Positions 1 through 14,706 of a stretch of DNA of 64,000 nt are shown here, one piece after another. The stretch is taken from positions 83,452,001 to 83,516,000 of the forward strand of contig OX597819.1 in assembly GCA_951406725.2 (NCBI GenBank), given 5' to 3'. Each line of letters starts with the position of its first letter. The stretch's first letter is position 1. The notes beneath the pieces are model-generated. The model was not told the DNA's origin and ran no database searches. It was given only the letters and a program-made list of their open reading frames with translations. The DNA comes from Octopus vulgaris. Its lineage: Eukaryota. The translations under genes and the position numbers were made by a program.

Positions 1-568
1 TACGTAGCATGTATATTGTTTTACACCAGTTCATTTGGTTTCCACCTTCGATCTAATCTGTAACATGAAGATGACTGCTATTTTATCTCGTCTACCTGCC
101 TTTTTTGCTGTTTTTATTTTGTACTTATTATCTCTGTTATCAATATATCAATAGGTTAACCTTCTGAGATAACTACTTACTTTGACATAAGATCTTTAAC
201 AAATTACCCAGTTGTCATTTCTACTTATTTTGTATATGAATTCATTTTAGTCTGCATGTATTGAACTTCATCTGCGGTAATGTAAGGAAAGCTCTTGCTG
301 CTCATACAAATATCACTCGTGATTTTATTGGAGTTACCTCTCCCTGATGTTGTTTCAGATTTTAAGCCCTCTTTGAGGGAGTTTGTCTACTATATGCATG
401 GGTAATCTTAGTTAATATTGCATGCATGAAACCATATCATATTGTATTTAGTATGGAGAATGCTTTCTTGAGGTCATTTCTCTCAGGCATATTGGTTGAT
501 ATCCATAAATCCATAATCAGTGTCATTTCAATGTGTGTGTGTGTGTGTGTGTGTGCATGTGTGCGTGT

Positions 569-600
<32 letters not shown>

Positions 601-714
601 CATGCACATACATGTTCACGCATATGTATATAATACATGTGTGCATGTTTTTATTTGATCATGACTTGAGCAAGGTAATGCTGATATTGGCACTCCTTGT
701 TGTCAGTTGCAGTG

Positions 715-1042
715 AGGACATGTGGCTTAGTGGTTAGGGCATTCGGCTTGGCTCATGATCGTAAGGTTGTGAGTTTGATTCCCAGCGACGTGTTGTGTCC
801 TTGAGCAAGACACTTTATTTTCATGTTGCTCCAGTCCACTCAACTGGCAAAAATGAGTAGTACCTGTATTTCAAAGGATCAGCTTTATCACATTCTGTGT
901 CACACTGAATCTCCTTGTGGACTACGTTAAGGGTACACGTATCTGTGGAATGCTCAGCCATTTGCATGTTAATTTCACAAGCAAGCTGTTCCATTGATCA
1001 TATCAGCTGGGACCCTCGTCATTGTAACTGACAGAGTGCTCA
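715..1042 (+). mobile_element. tRNA-derived SINE family C
   Basis: tggcttagtggttaggg...gagtttgattcc...gtgtccttgagcaagacacttt...gttgctccagtccactca. Homologues at 36030-36297, 53865-54060, 58855-59178 and 1540-1685(-). Confidence 0.85.
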
Positions 1043-3164
1043 TGACTAGTTGCTCAGCGCTTTCAAATACCTGTGGAAGAATGATGTCTGTACTTGAAAA
1101 ACCAATAAGGGTTGGCAACAAGTAGACCATCTGGCCATAAATTCTGCCTCAAACACATCTTTGCCCAAACCCATGCTAGCATGGAAAAATGAATGCTAAA
1201 TGAGTGAACAGTCAGGCAGAAGTGGCATCTGTCTTGCTTGAATGGTGATTTTTACATGCCACCGGCATGGGAGCCAGTCAGGATGGCACTGGCTTGAATG
1301 ATGCTTTTTACATGCCGCTAGCATGGCTTGGGTGCCACTCAAGCAGCACTGGTATTGGCCACACTCAAATGGTACGTTTTACGTGCCTCTGGCACGGGTG
1401 CCAGTCAGGCAGCACTGGCATCAGCCATGACTACAGTTTCATTTGGTTCAACAGGTCTTCACAAGCATGGCATATTGCCCAATGATTGAAGGGCACTTTT
1501 AGAAGGACCAGTTCTGCAACACTGGTCCATCACAGGATTATTCATTTTTGCCAGCTTAATGGACTAGAGCAATGTGAAATGAAGTGTTTTGCTCAAGAAC
1601 ACAATGTGTTGCCTGGTCCAGGAATTGAAACCACAATCTTGTGATCATGAGTCCAACACCTTAAACATAAGGTCATGCACCTTAATTTTTTTTACCTATG
1701 TTCTTTGCCTATGAGAAAACTGACTGAGACTTCATCATCCCACCTTACAGCTTGTACATATTATACATCTACTCACTTCTGTTCAACACCACTACAATCT
1801 CTTCAGATGTACTTTTTATTGTACCAATGTTTTATGGTGGTAGGTCTTAAGTTTTGTACATGACAAGAAGAGAGTTGGGTTTCCTATAGTGGTAGTTATG
1901 GGTTGCTTGATGTCAATTTTTTATATCTGAAAGGAAGAAAGTTTGTATAATTATCTGATAATGGTCAAGAGTTCTCATACATGGACAGGTGTTTCTACCT
2001 GATTGCCCTACTACTATGATCAATACCAACATGGTATAAGCAATACCATATATATGTATTTCAAGATTTTCATTGTATTTATGACTGACACTGTTTTATT
2101 AAATGGATGATCTTACCGCCAATGCATGAACAGGGGTTGTTTTTCAGTATTAAAGTGTTTCTTCTTTAATACTAAATGGGTTATCTTTGCTATTACTTGC
2201 ACAAAGTCTGTGTCTTTCTTCTGAGAATTTTTATTCAGAATTTTACTACATTCCTAAGCATGTTACTTCCATTGTAGCCTGTAGAATCTATCCTTCTCCT
2301 ATGCAGAATCTCTTTCAAAGTTATTACCCTCCTTGTTCGGTCCATCTTTATTGTAGCTGAAGAGCCACGCTTCAGAGCACTCTAATCAGGACTGTGTGAG
2401 CAACCATGTAGAAAGAAGCCCTTCCACTTTCATGCATTGTCAGAATAGTTGAAATAACCTAGAGAAATGACAACTGATCATAACATGTTAGTAGAGTTGA
2501 AGTAATTGGATAAATGACAATTGATCATGTATTTTATAATAGCTAGGGTAATTGGAGTAATAGCAGCTGGGCATACTTGGTGGGAGAGTTGCAATGACAA
2601 GAGACATGGTTGATCATACTTATCAAGTTGTCTAGGTAACCATTGGGGGGTACAGAGTGGAAGTGATTGTAGTAGTGATGGTTGGGTGTAATTGTTTAGG
2701 TAAGAGTAGGAATGGAAGGGTGGAGGTTCCATAATGCTCACCATGCTCATGGGTAAATATGCTTGTTAGACAAAGTAGTGTATCTTTATTTCCTGACCAT
2801 GCAATGTTATCCATAAGATAAATATCTGTAATATTGTCATCATCACTAATTAATATTGAAGATATTGGCATTGTGAAATGTAATCAAAACAGGACAATAA
2901 GCCAACTCAGGATGTAACAATAAAAGAAGTCATACCACTAATCTACACATATACACATACACGTGTGCATACATATGCATTCATTCACATAATCTTATCA
3001 AATAAATGCATCTATAACATATATATCCTTATTATTAAAATACATAAACTTAGACTTAGGCATGCATGTAAACATTCATGTATCATCATCATCATAATGC
3101 TCAAAATCATCATCATTTTGATACCCATTTATTGTTGTTGGTATGGCTGGATGTGCTTCCAACA

Positions 3165-3708
3165 CCAGTATATCGCTATTCTTTCAAGTTTGATGAGATT
3201 CGTGGTTGAACAAATTGGAACGAATGCTCTTCTACTTCTTGTAGAAAGCAGAGGACTCTTGTAAGGCACTCTATTTGCTGCCAACAACTGCTAAAGGATG
3301 GGTTTAGGATGCTGTGGCTAAAAATGCACAGACATGCGCTGTGGCTGAGGTATCTCTAGCCCTACCTGGACAGTGAATGGGTGTGGTCTCCATTTGTTAA
3401 ATTGATGCTTCCCAGGTTCACTTCTTTTGGTGAACTGGAACCATGGATAAAGTGCAGACCAAGGCTGGGAGCTTGGCAGAGTGCCGGCAGGCACTTGTGC
3501 TTCTCTCCCGTTCAAGTGATGCCAGTAGCGGGGGTTCCATCTCTGTTTTTTATAGGGAGTTGGTAGAGGCCAAGTATGATGACGGTAGGGGCAAACTGGG
3601 CTTCGATGACAGTCAACTTGCCAGTTTATACCGGAGAACATCTATGCCAGGGCCTATGGACAACTTCTAAAGGTCCCTGGCTTGGCAGTGTTTCCGAGGA
3701 GCTTTGCC
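3165..3708 (+). mobile_element. L1/Tx1-like LINE ORF2 C-terminal remnant
   Basis: Decayed LFYFL..LVRHSICCQQ..GLGMLW..VWSPFV..AWQCFRGALP. DNA homology to 27780-27900 on the opposite strand. Confidence 0.6.
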
Positions 3709-6700
3709 ATCATCATCATCATCATTTAACGTCCACTTTCCATGCTAGCATGGGTTGGACAATTTAACTGAGGACTGGTGAACCAGATGGCTGCACCAGG
3801 CTCCAGTCTGATCTGGCAGAGTTTCTACAGCTGGATACCCTTCCTAACGCCAACTACTTCGAGAGTGTAGTGGGTGCTTTTACGTGCCACCGGCACGAGG
3901 GCCAGTGTGGCTCTGCATTTTTTCAAGCCTTAACATCTAAATAAATGCATCTCATGATAAAAAAAAAAAAATTAATCTATATTTTATTTGGTCATTTGAA
4001 CTGTGGGAAAAGTCAAGAGAATCAGTTTACAGTATATTACCAGTTCTTATTAATGACCATAGAGGGATAAAGGCCACTATCAACTAATATAAGGAGAAAA
4101 CTTTGTTGGACCTTAAACCTTTAAAGCTTCAGGATGGAAACTAAATATTATAATGCAATTAGATTAGCCAGTGTTCAACTACTTCAGCTTACTTCATCAT
4201 TACCATTATCATCATTACTTGCTTATGCATTGATGAGCTCACACTATCATTTCTATGGGTCTCAGCATCCTTAGAGCTAACATAACCATTGGTTTCAGTG
4301 CTTTTTCGGTCTTCCAGCACAGTAGCATGGCTATATTTTAGTCTTTTCTACTATCAGCAAATACCACTTTTCACTGAAGTGTGATCCATAAGAATCATGT
4401 GTCCTTGCTTGTAGAACTATTTCTCCTGTACATAAGCTAATGTCTGCCTACTTTCTTAGTTCTCTTGAACTCCACAAAGTTAATATTGCTTATCCAACAG
4501 ACAATACTCTATTTCTTTCTCTATCACAAATTTTCCACACTTCTTGTCCATTTTCACTATCCTGCAGTATCACATGCTTTACACATGTTTCATACACATA
4601 GCATGTTTGCAAATAGAAATCCCTTACTACAAGCAGAACAAATGACTTCCTGACACAGAATATTAATGAAATTTTCATTGCTGTTATTACAGAAACTGAC
4701 TTTGACAAATCAGTGTAAATATCACCTTTCTAGAACCCAGGGAAAATGTGAAAGAAGCAAACAACTATCAATATTCAATACTCAACAATCCCAATGTATT
4801 TGGATGCATGTGAAAATCACAATTATTGATTTTTTTTATGTGAAACAATTCATAAAATAAACAAAATTTCTTCAGTGTGACTGGAAAAAAATTATCTTTG
4901 AAGTATATTGTTTTAACTAGCAGGTTTTCTAACATACCTCATGTTTATTGATGAACAGTTCCACTTTCAATTGATTGCTGGCCTCATTTAAAAAGGGAAA
5001 TACATCTTTGCAAAGAAAAGTTGATTTCATGTTCCCTTCCAAATATTCAAAAATGATGAAACCTAAAAAAGCTGCCTTTCCCAAAACAAAACTTGATAAA
5101 ACATAGCTTGTGATGAGACATAAATTACCTAATGCAATAACCTCACTACCATGGGAAAATTACATGCTATATAAATGTCGATATCCTGTTTCAGTTGCAG
5201 CAAAGTGTTCAGCTTGATAATTACAACTTATTTATCACCATTGATCCATTCATTAAAAGTCCCATGATGTGGTTCATATTTAATAGTAGATTCAACTCCC
5301 TTAAAATTTGAGTGGATATCTATTAACATTTAACTTGAATCTTTCCTCCGTTCCTCCCCACCCCTTTCCATTGAAACCCTTTTTTACTGCTTGTTTTATA
5401 ATTTATGATGAAACTGGTGGCCTTCTATATATATATGCTTGTCCTATTTCCTTGTAAAGCAACTGAGGAACTTTTGTTGTCTATGCCAGATTGCCAATCT
5501 CTAGAAGTTTCTCCCTACAGCTGCAGCCCCCCACATATTTTGATTAATGTGAAGCCCTTATCTAACTACAGAATCAATGACTCCATAAAGGGTGTATTGA
5601 AATTTCTTTTGACAGTATAGTCGACTTTTAGTTAACAGGACATCAGTATTGTATGTTATATATGCACTTAATTTTTAGCTGCTTAGTGTAAGAAGCCAAT
5701 AACGTAATACTGTAGCTTTCTGTGGTGGTTTCTGGAGGTAATATAGTTTTATTTTGTGACCTAGTTAGTGACAGTGGTAGTTTAATGTTAAGAATGTAAA
5801 CAAGATTTTCAGAAATGTAGCAAAATGTATAGGCTCTTGAGTATTGAAACAGGAGCTTTAAATTCTGGACATCTCCGATGACTGACAAGAGGAATTTCCT
5901 GAGCATAATTCACTGAATGTTGATACAATAAAATCTATGATAAAAGAAAACAAAAACTTAGTATTAGAAGCACTCATCATTGTATTCAAAAGAATGATTT
6001 TCTTTTATTTTTCTATGCATCATCATAAGCTAGATTTCTGCTGGCCTAATTGGCATGCTAATTCAATTTAATATAACTGCATGTATTTACTTCAAACAGG
6101 TTCGTAAAATACCAGTTTGAATGAGACAGTAATTCATGCATAGGAAAGTAACAATTTCCAATAGCACCATTCATAAAAAGTGTACAAGTATTGTTATGCA
6201 TGTTCTGCAAATAAACTTCTTTTGGATCATTTGTGTAATTGTGAATGGAAAATATTGTTGAGATAAATGAAAGGAAAACAACATATGTGGGCAGTAACTA
6301 GTGAGAATCACAATATTACCAAGTGATGACTGATTCAACTGAAACATGTTTTGTATGATGGCTGATTAAAATGAGTAGTTGTAGATTGCTTCATTCTCTC
6401 ACTGAGTTCTACCAAAGAGAGAAAAAGGGAAGTAGAGAGAGAGAGAGAACTTTGAGTTCTGCTTATGTAACCAGTGGCTGAGAGGTACTACCCTCTCATT
6501 GCTCTAATAAACTGGTAAAAATTGGTGAACAAATAAAACGTCACTCGCTTGTATGAGGGTCACTACATTATAAACATACATGTATAATGGCTGCATTTTG
6601 AGGGGAAAGTCCTACGTCAAGATAGCAGCAAAAAGCAATAGGGAATTATCGCTAAAAATTAAAAGCTTGGGTCAAAAGACAGCAGATTTTTGAATGCTAC

Positions 6701-6814
6701 ATTTCAAAAATAAGTTGATGCAAAATAAAAATGAGTACGAATATGTTAGGAAGAGCTAGTCAGCAAAAGTTGATATAAATGAATTATACTGTTCTTAGCT
6801 TTCTCAAGGAGTTC

Positions 6815-7023
6815 TTATTTCTTTATTGCCCACAAGGGGCTAAACATAGAGAGGACAAACAAGGATAGCCAAAGGTGCATAACTGGTACTTAATTTATCG
6901 ACCCTGAAAGGATGAAAGGCAAAGTCAACCTCGGCGGAATTTGAACTCAGAACATAATGGCAGACGAAATACCGCTAAGCATTTCGCCCAGCATGCTAAC
7001 ATTTCTGCCAGCTCGCCACCTTA
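6815..7023 (-). mobile_element. SINE family B
   Basis: Reverse complement of the 50037-50267 family with an internal deletion. Confidence 0.85.
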
Positions 7024-8179
7024 ATTCTCTTAATTCTTAGTTCTTTCATTCTTTTGAGCCAATTACTCCTGAACTATCAGCCACCATATACAAATTTAAC
7101 AAATGAAACAAATTAACAAAATCACAATTAAAACAATTGTTGTTGTTTAGTTCTAAATCAGCCCAGATTGACCAGAACTTTGACCAAAGGTAGTCAAGCT
7201 ATGGCATCCTATACTTCTCTCAAACATTGCATTTCTAGAACCACATTATCCAGTGAACCCTCACTTCAAGAAGCTGAGGCGTAATTTATGGGAAATTTGG
7301 CAGTTATTTCAAGCAGGCTCCCTCTTCACCTCACCTCTGTTTTCTGTGATCTACAAGAAAATGTTAACGTTTTCATTTTAAGATAGTGGAATAGTACAAT
7401 CAGTTGATTGCTGGATAATTAAGTCTTTGTTGTATTTAGTCACACTTTTTGATGACCCGAAACAAAATCCCACCAGGGCCAGCTTTGCCTGTTATTTTGG
7501 TGGGTTGATAAAATAAGTACTAGTCAAGTATTGGTGTCAGTTTAATCAGCCATTCTTCCTTTCAAAATTTGCAACAACCATGTTAAAAATTATTGTTTTA
7601 CTTATTTATCATTTTGTTTTAACATGCTTACATGGATCAGATGTTGAAACAGATTTTCTGTGGCCTGATGCCCTTTCTATCACCAACCCTTTCCTGTTTC
7701 CATGCATGGTTAATATTTTCCCATTGTCGGGTATGTTTTTCATGGAAGATTGAAAATGAATGATATTGCTTGTATGACAATGATTCTTGTTTGCAACCAT
7801 CCTGCAATGTCATAACAAGAACAACCACCCATATACGCACACACACAAAACAGAAGACATTGATTCTGAACTTGAAACCACATGGCTGGGAAGCGAGCTT
7901 CTTCCATCATCATCATCATCGTCATTTAACATCCGCTTTCCATGTTGGCGTGGGTTGGACAGTTTGACTGAGAACTGACAAGCCGGGAGGCTGCAGCCAT
8001 ATGTTATTTATTTTGTACTTTATTTGTAAGTCTTAGTTCAAAACTTTCATACTTTTGCTTTGTATGTCACCATTTCCTTTCTGGCTTCATATTTTAAAAA
8101 ATTCCTAAATTCTAGAATAAATCAAAAAGCATTTTTAAAAAATGTCCCCCTATTCATAAAATTATTGAAGTCCTTTTCT

Positions 8180-8590
8180 GTTTTTCCTACTTGTTTCAGT
8201 CATTGGACTGTGGCCATGCTAGGGCACCACCTCGAAGTGTATAGCTGAACAAATTGGCCCCAGTACTTATTTTTAAGTTGGTACTTATTCCATTGTCCTC
8301 TTTTGCTGAACTGCTACATTATGAAGACCTAAACAAGCCAGCACTAGTTGACAAGCAGTGGTGGAGGACAAGCACAATGACACACATGCGAACGCATGCG
8401 CACACACACACACACACACACCAACAACAACAACTTCCTTACAGATTCCATCTACCAAATTCACTTACAAAGCACTGGCTGGCCTGGGGTTTACTGTAGA
8501 ATAGTACACTTGCCCAAGGTGCTGTGCTGTGGGACTGGATCCAAAACCACATGGTTGTAAAGTGAGCTTCTTAACCACATTTCCATGCAT
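8180..8590 (-). mobile_element. SINE family A, diverged (similar copies at about 22360-22990, 50440-50740 and 62010-63000)
   Basis: Tail cttgtttcagtcattggactgtggccatgct and head cttgcccaaggtgc...gtgggact on the minus strand. Confidence 0.8.
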
Positions 8591-10091
8591 GCTTAAAAAT
8601 ATTAAGGAAAGTATTTTATTTTTCCCAGGTGCCATTCTTTCATGCCTTTGAGAACAAGGTAATAACCAGATTGCCAGACTAACAATGCGGGCAGATTCCA
8701 TTCTGTCTTGACTGAGTGGTTAATGATAGGAGTGGGATATGAGTGCTCTGTTGTTGTCTTTTTCAAATAACAATTATGCAAATATTGGAATTTGTAGAAA
8801 TTACCCTGCCCATATTGGCACGGTTAATAGAAATTGATGTAAAACTATCATATAAAAAAATCTGAATGCGCAAAAATTTTTTTAATTGAAAGTAATAGTA
8901 CATACATTCTTATCATCTGAATACTACATTGTGAATTAGTTTTCAACAGCAACTTACTCATGTCTGTCATCATTGTTGTATGGCAAAAGTTAAGTTTTTA
9001 TCATCTCCCAACCATTTCTTTTACTCTTCTTTTTCTCACACATTTAATATTCACCTATATTTGTAAGTTTACAAATAAGAAGTGGAAGGAGAAAAAGTAG
9101 CGAGATAGAGGGTGTATATACAAGCAGGTGTAGAAGATTGAAAAGATTACTAGCTTTTGGAGGTTATTATCAAACAAAAATCTATGTGTCTTATATTAAT
9201 CATACTTCTCTACTATCCTTTTCATTGTAGCTTCCTTTAATGCTTATTTAGAACATTTGATAAAGCATTTCTTTGTAAGATACTTCTGGCATAATACAAG
9301 AGACCATAGATACAAACAAATGATTGTTTATTTGATATGCAACTCTGTTTCCAATTTAAGTTACTTCATTATGTTATCTTTCTTTTATATGTAGCACTTA
9401 AAATTGTGTAGAATATTTTAAATGAATGCTATTTTTCAAGTTTAGGTTACCGTCCTCATCACCCTTATCCTCCTCTTCTGCTTCCTCCTCCTCCTCCTCA
9501 TCATCATCATCATGTTTATTTTGCATGCTGGCATTGTAGGGCAAATGAGCAGGGTGATGAAGACGGTGTGAACAGCACTGGTGGTGGGGAGATTAGAGTT
9601 AAGAGTGATAAAGGAGATGGGCAAAATGGGCAATAGTAGATGAGAGGTTGGAGTTAAAGATCTAAGGTGAAAGGGCAGCAATACAGTTTTGCAATGTAGT
9701 TACTTTTTCAAGTGCCTTGCCCTCTCTCTCTATAATTCTCTCAACCAAGTCTTCCTTGTTCTACATCTATTCACAGCAATTCTTCATTTAGCATTCGGTT
9801 TCTATTCTCTGTAAATGTTCACTTTAATACAGTTGTCCACTGAGCCTTGTTAAAGGCTTCCTCTAGGTCAACAAAATGTTCTATGTTACTTATCACTGCA
9901 ATATTTATTACCAGGAATATGGCATCTGTGGTTGGTTCCATATCTTTAAACAGAAACAAACTATTTTCTATCCACATCAATTCAGCCTCAAATCTGCTCT
10001 CCTACACACATACACACACACACACACACTTAATAACTGAGCTATGCACTAATATAGTATTTTAGTTCTATAGTTATGTCAACATTTAGAT

Positions 10092-10597
10092 TAGTGGTTT
10101 TCAACCAGGATCCATATAACTCTGGGGTGGAATCCATATAAGATTTTGTCATTAAAATTTATGTGCAATACATTGTTTATACTTCTACAATATACAACAT
10201 ATTTTAACAATTTTGTGAATACAATTCTTAATAATAGTTAATGATTAAAGGGCAGTGAGCTGGCAGAATTGTTAGCACACCGGGCGAAATGTCTAGTGGT
10301 ATTTCAGCTGCTGTCACATTCTGAGTTCAAATTCTGCCATGGTCAACCTTACCTTTTATCCTTTCGGGGTCGATTAAATAAGTACCAGTTACACACTGGG
10401 GTTGATGTAATCAACTTAATCCCTTTGTCTGTCCTTGTCTGTCCCCTCTATGTTTAATCCTCTGTGGGCAATAAAGAAATAAATATTTAATGATAAAAAT
10501 ACAATAGGATTTTTTTGAAGATTGAATGACTATGGGGATCAACCCAAGTAAAATAGAAATTAAAGGGGTCCATAGGAAAAGTTGTTGAGAACCATTG
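10092..10597. mobile_element. hAT/Charlie-type MITE with a nested SINE
   Basis: Ends tagtggttttcaacc ... gttgagaaccattg. Imperfect 8-bp TSD atttagat/ttatagat. SINE inserted at about 10249-10482. Confidence 0.7.
10249..10482 (+). mobile_element. SINE family B inside hAT MITE
   Basis: Same family. Flanking direct repeat atagttaatgattaaa / atatttaatgataaaa. Confidence 0.85.
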
Positions 10598-11274
10598 TTA
10601 TAGATGTTTGAATTGCGTATATTTTAAAAATACAGTAAAAAAATGTGTTTTGGTCCTTAAATATGACGGTCTTTGAGAAAAAAGTAGGAATTAGTCAGAG
10701 TTAAAGAAGCTGCTATATTAACGAAATTGGGCTGTAGTGGTGGCAGCAGTGATACATAGATTGATGGTTCAGATGACCTGGGATGTTATGTGTAGAGTAA
10801 CTGATACAGTTTTATATATCCTGTCACTTTTGTATGGGTGCAGGCACAGCTGTGTGACTAAGAAGTTTGCTTGGCAATTCTATAGATTCTGGTTTGATCC
10901 TATTGCATGACTCATTTAGCAAGTGGTTTACTGCTATATCTTTGGAATGAGCCATGCCTTGTGAATAAAACTAAGACTGAAATTGTACAGAGACCCATTT
11001 GATTGACTATACCTGTTGTTGGATGGTAGACTTAATATGTTGCCCAGTTTAAAAGTACCACCTTGCTCTTGCTTGGGTACCTTTAGCAAAATCCACTCTG
11101 TTTCAAACATTCTAACCAGGTGCCCTGTCTAGATAGTTCACAAGTTGTAATTTATTTCTCTCTTCTGTGTTATATTCAAAGTCCTTCAAAAAAGATCATG
11201 TATGATGCTCTTCATTTTGTGACTAAGTCATAAATAATCTTTTAAAATCCTTCTGAAGCTGAACTTGTGTATAA

Positions 11275-11712
11275 GTGCAGACATAGTTGTGTGGTAAGAA
11301 GTTTGCTTCCCAATCACATGATTTTGAGTTCAATCCCACTACATAGTGACATCTTGGGCAAGCGCCCTCGACTGACTGAAGCCTTGTGAGTGGATTTGGC
11401 TGATGGAAACTGAAAGAAACCCATCGCATGCATGTGTGTGTATATATATGTATATATGTATGTGTACATTACTGACTCCTTCCCTTCCTTTCACATAATA
11501 GTTGTTAATGAGAGCCCACTATCCATATGTTTTGTTCTTCATTCCCAATCTTCCATGGAAACATGTCAGTTCATGGGATAATATTACCTTACTTGGAAAC
11601 GTGTGAGGGTTAGCAACAGCAAGGACTTCTGACCATAGAAAATCTACCTCAACAAATTACACCCAATATATGTGAGCTTAGAAAAGTGGATGTTAAAATG
11701 ATAATGATGATA
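11275..11712 (+). mobile_element. SINE with family-A head and RTE-type (GAT)n tail
   Basis: Head as at 12171. A different middle (aatattaccttacttggaaac) and the tail ...gaaaagtggatgttaaaatgataatgatgat. Similar copies at 19430-19930(-), 54375-54765(+), 63295-63572(+) and 7600-7900(-). Confidence 0.75.
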
Positions 11713-12170
11713 GTCAACTGTGGGCATGTCATTTACTTGCATAGCAATTTATTTCTTAGGGGTATAAAACTCCTGGCTAACTGAATCTGTAACTCATATC
11801 TGATTTACTATTTCCACTTTTGCCAATGGAGTATATGTAAATGCTACAACTTCTTATTTTTCTCTTATATACCTCTTGGTAAATAAAATGGGGCACCCAT
11901 ATACAAAAAGTTCTTTAAACAAACATATTGAATAATGAAGAGTATTCCTGAAGGAAACAAAACTCTGATAATGTGCTGAAATTTGATCAGTGAGCTCCTC
12001 CTCCTCTTCATCATCAACATTAACGTTCGTTTTCCATGCTGGAAATCTAACAAACAATTTGGTTAACAGACAGGGCTCTGGAGTGAATTATGCTCATATA
12101 AAGTGACCCCACTGTATCTTTGATCAATTGTACATGAAATATTAAAAAAAAAATTAAATACATTTGCATA

Positions 12171-12596
12171 GGCGCAGGAGTGGCTGTGTGGTAAGTAGCT
12201 TGTTTACTAACCACATGGTTCCAGGTTCAGTCCCACTGCGTGGCACCTTGGGCAAGTGTCTTCTACTATAGTCTCGGGCCGACCAAAGCCTTGTGAGTGG
12301 ATTTGGTAGACGGAAACTGAAAGAAGCCCGTCGTATATATGTATATATATATATATATATATGCGTGTGTGTGTTTGTGCATCTGTGTTTGTCCCCCTAG
12401 CATTGCTTGACAACTGATGCTGGTGTGTTTATGTCCCCGTTACTTAGCGGTTCGGCAAAAGAGACCGATAGAATAAGTACCGGGCTTACAAAAGAATAAG
12501 TCCCGGGGTCGAGTTGCTCAATTAAAGGTGGTGCTCCAGCATGGCCGCAGTCAAATGACTGAAACAAGTAAAAGAGTAAAAGAGAGTAAAAGAGTA
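12171..12596 (+). mobile_element. tRNA-derived SINE family A (full length; CR1-type tail)
   Basis: A box TGGCTGTGTGG, B box GGTTCAGTCCC, CORE-like ccttgggcaagtgtctt, internal (TA)/(TG)n, tail ggtgctccagcatggccgcagtcaaatgactgaaacaag(taaaagag)n. Many copies in the window. Confidence 0.9.
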
Positions 12597-14493
12597 GATG
12601 TTAATGTTTATAAGTATTCTGTTGTTTTAGATTGTCACCCTATTGTATATGTATGTGTATTAGTGTGACAGTTTGTGTGTGTGTAATATGTGTTTACTGT
12701 GTGTGCATTTATGCACATACATATATTTAGGTCTATAAACATCACTGTGTGTGTGTGTGTGCACATACAAGCAAACCTTGCATACAAATATTCTGTCCCA
12801 CGCAGATAAGGAAGTAATACACAGTATTCTTATCAACAACCAAAATAGCTGCGAAATTTCTTAAACATCGATAAGACTTCATATCTTAATGTGAAGTAGT
12901 TTAGTCTGCTAACAAATTTCTAAATTATCAAGATTTCAGATATTGTTGGGGCATTTTGAATTTTTCATTTGATATTTCCAGTTACTTATATTATTATTAC
13001 TGTTGTAGCAAGACCTATTTTTCAAGCAGAAAGTCACAATATTACAATAGAATATGCCAGTGTCATATTATATCTATTAGAATGGCAGTCAATTTTTGCA
13101 GCTTTAATCTTTTTAACTGAAATTAGATATCTAGAGCATTCAAACTACACTAGCATAGCATTGATTAGTCACTATAACAGGATGTTTCTCTATCATTTCA
13201 AGGTGGCTCTGCAAGTCCTCTTCTATGACACCTTCTTCTGTTATGTAAAATATATTGCATACTCTGTACTGGCTAATTTGTTCACTTCATTGGTCCTTGT
13301 CTCAACTGATAGCATTTATATCCTGAAAGATTAAGTTTATTTTAACATACTTTGAGAAAACAAATTGTACAATCGAACACTCTTGAATCACAAGAATAAG
13401 TCTTCAGAGCCTTGAATGAGATCTGTACTTATACTTCACCTTTGCCTTTGTCCACTTCTACTTTTGCCAATCACTTTATTACCACCTGTCACCTATTCCT
13501 GCCTTCATCTCATTACCTACCCTTACCTTTGTCCACCTCTACTTCTACTAATCACTCACCTTCCAACTCCTTCCTAAATAATCCTGCCTTTTCCATTTTA
13601 CTCTTGCTTCTTTCTGGTCCCCCTCCTCACTCATCCCAGCAAATGTACATGATCTGGGTTATTGACCACTTTCTCCACTTACACTGTTGCTCCCCTCACT
13701 AAAAAACTGTTGGATTTCGGAGATTTGGGAGTTTTAATTTTTTACACCATAGATTATCAACTGTGTATTTTTTTTTATATCTAGCTTAATGTTGTGTAAT
13801 ATAAAGTGTTGCAATGTTTACTTGTAGAAGCATAACTATCTTATGAGAAAGTGTGGTACTTGTACAGTTAACAACTCTCTCATATGCATTAAAGCAGACA
13901 CCAGTCAGCTGTAGTTTATTCTGAAAGACTTGTGGTTTATTGTCGGTGAAAATGTAATGAGAATTATCCTCTCTTACACATGTTGTACAAGATATACATA
14001 AGCACATAATAGGTAATGTGCATTAATGAAATGGGTTTACTACTTCAATCTTGAGAATACAACAGTTTAGTATTCAAAGAACAAGTAAAACCAGATCAAG
14101 ATAAAATTTCTTCTATTCATTCTTTACAACAACTTACTGATCTCACTTCTGACACCATGTTATAACTGTACGTTGATGTCGACAAACATCATTTGTGAAC
14201 CCTGCAGAACACTAAACTCTTGTTTTTCTAATATATTATTAATGCTAGTTTATGATTCTCTGCCACAAAATGTATTCCTAATACACGTTAATAGAATAAG
14301 ACAAACATTAATTAAAGTAAAAAGCTGGATATTATATATCAAGACAAGAATAAAGCCAATATAGACGACACCACACCTAATGAAAAACAAACCAAGTATA
14401 TTTCATGTATTAAATGAACTGGATACACCTTAGCTAATGAATAGTGAATCTCATTATCGAAACACTTCATTCAATAGGATACACATACATTAA

Positions 14494-14706
14494 CCCTCTA
14501 ACGTTCAGACTAATTTGTCAAATGTTATGCTTATTTATACACATTGTTTTGAATTAACCATGCATTATCTCACGTCTTTGAGATTTCAATGATGTGTGTG
14601 TTTATTTTTTTAGAGTGATATTGTAATGTTGTTGTGAGATGTCAGATCTGGTTGGTTTGAACATACAAACTGGTAGGATATTTTGGCTGGATACAGCCAG
14701 TTTAAA
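14494..14706. mobile_element. piggyBac-type MITE, family 1 (right end lost)
   Basis: ttaa|ccctctaacgttcaga...ggtttgaacata...gccagtttaaa, shared with the other two copies. Confidence 0.65.
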
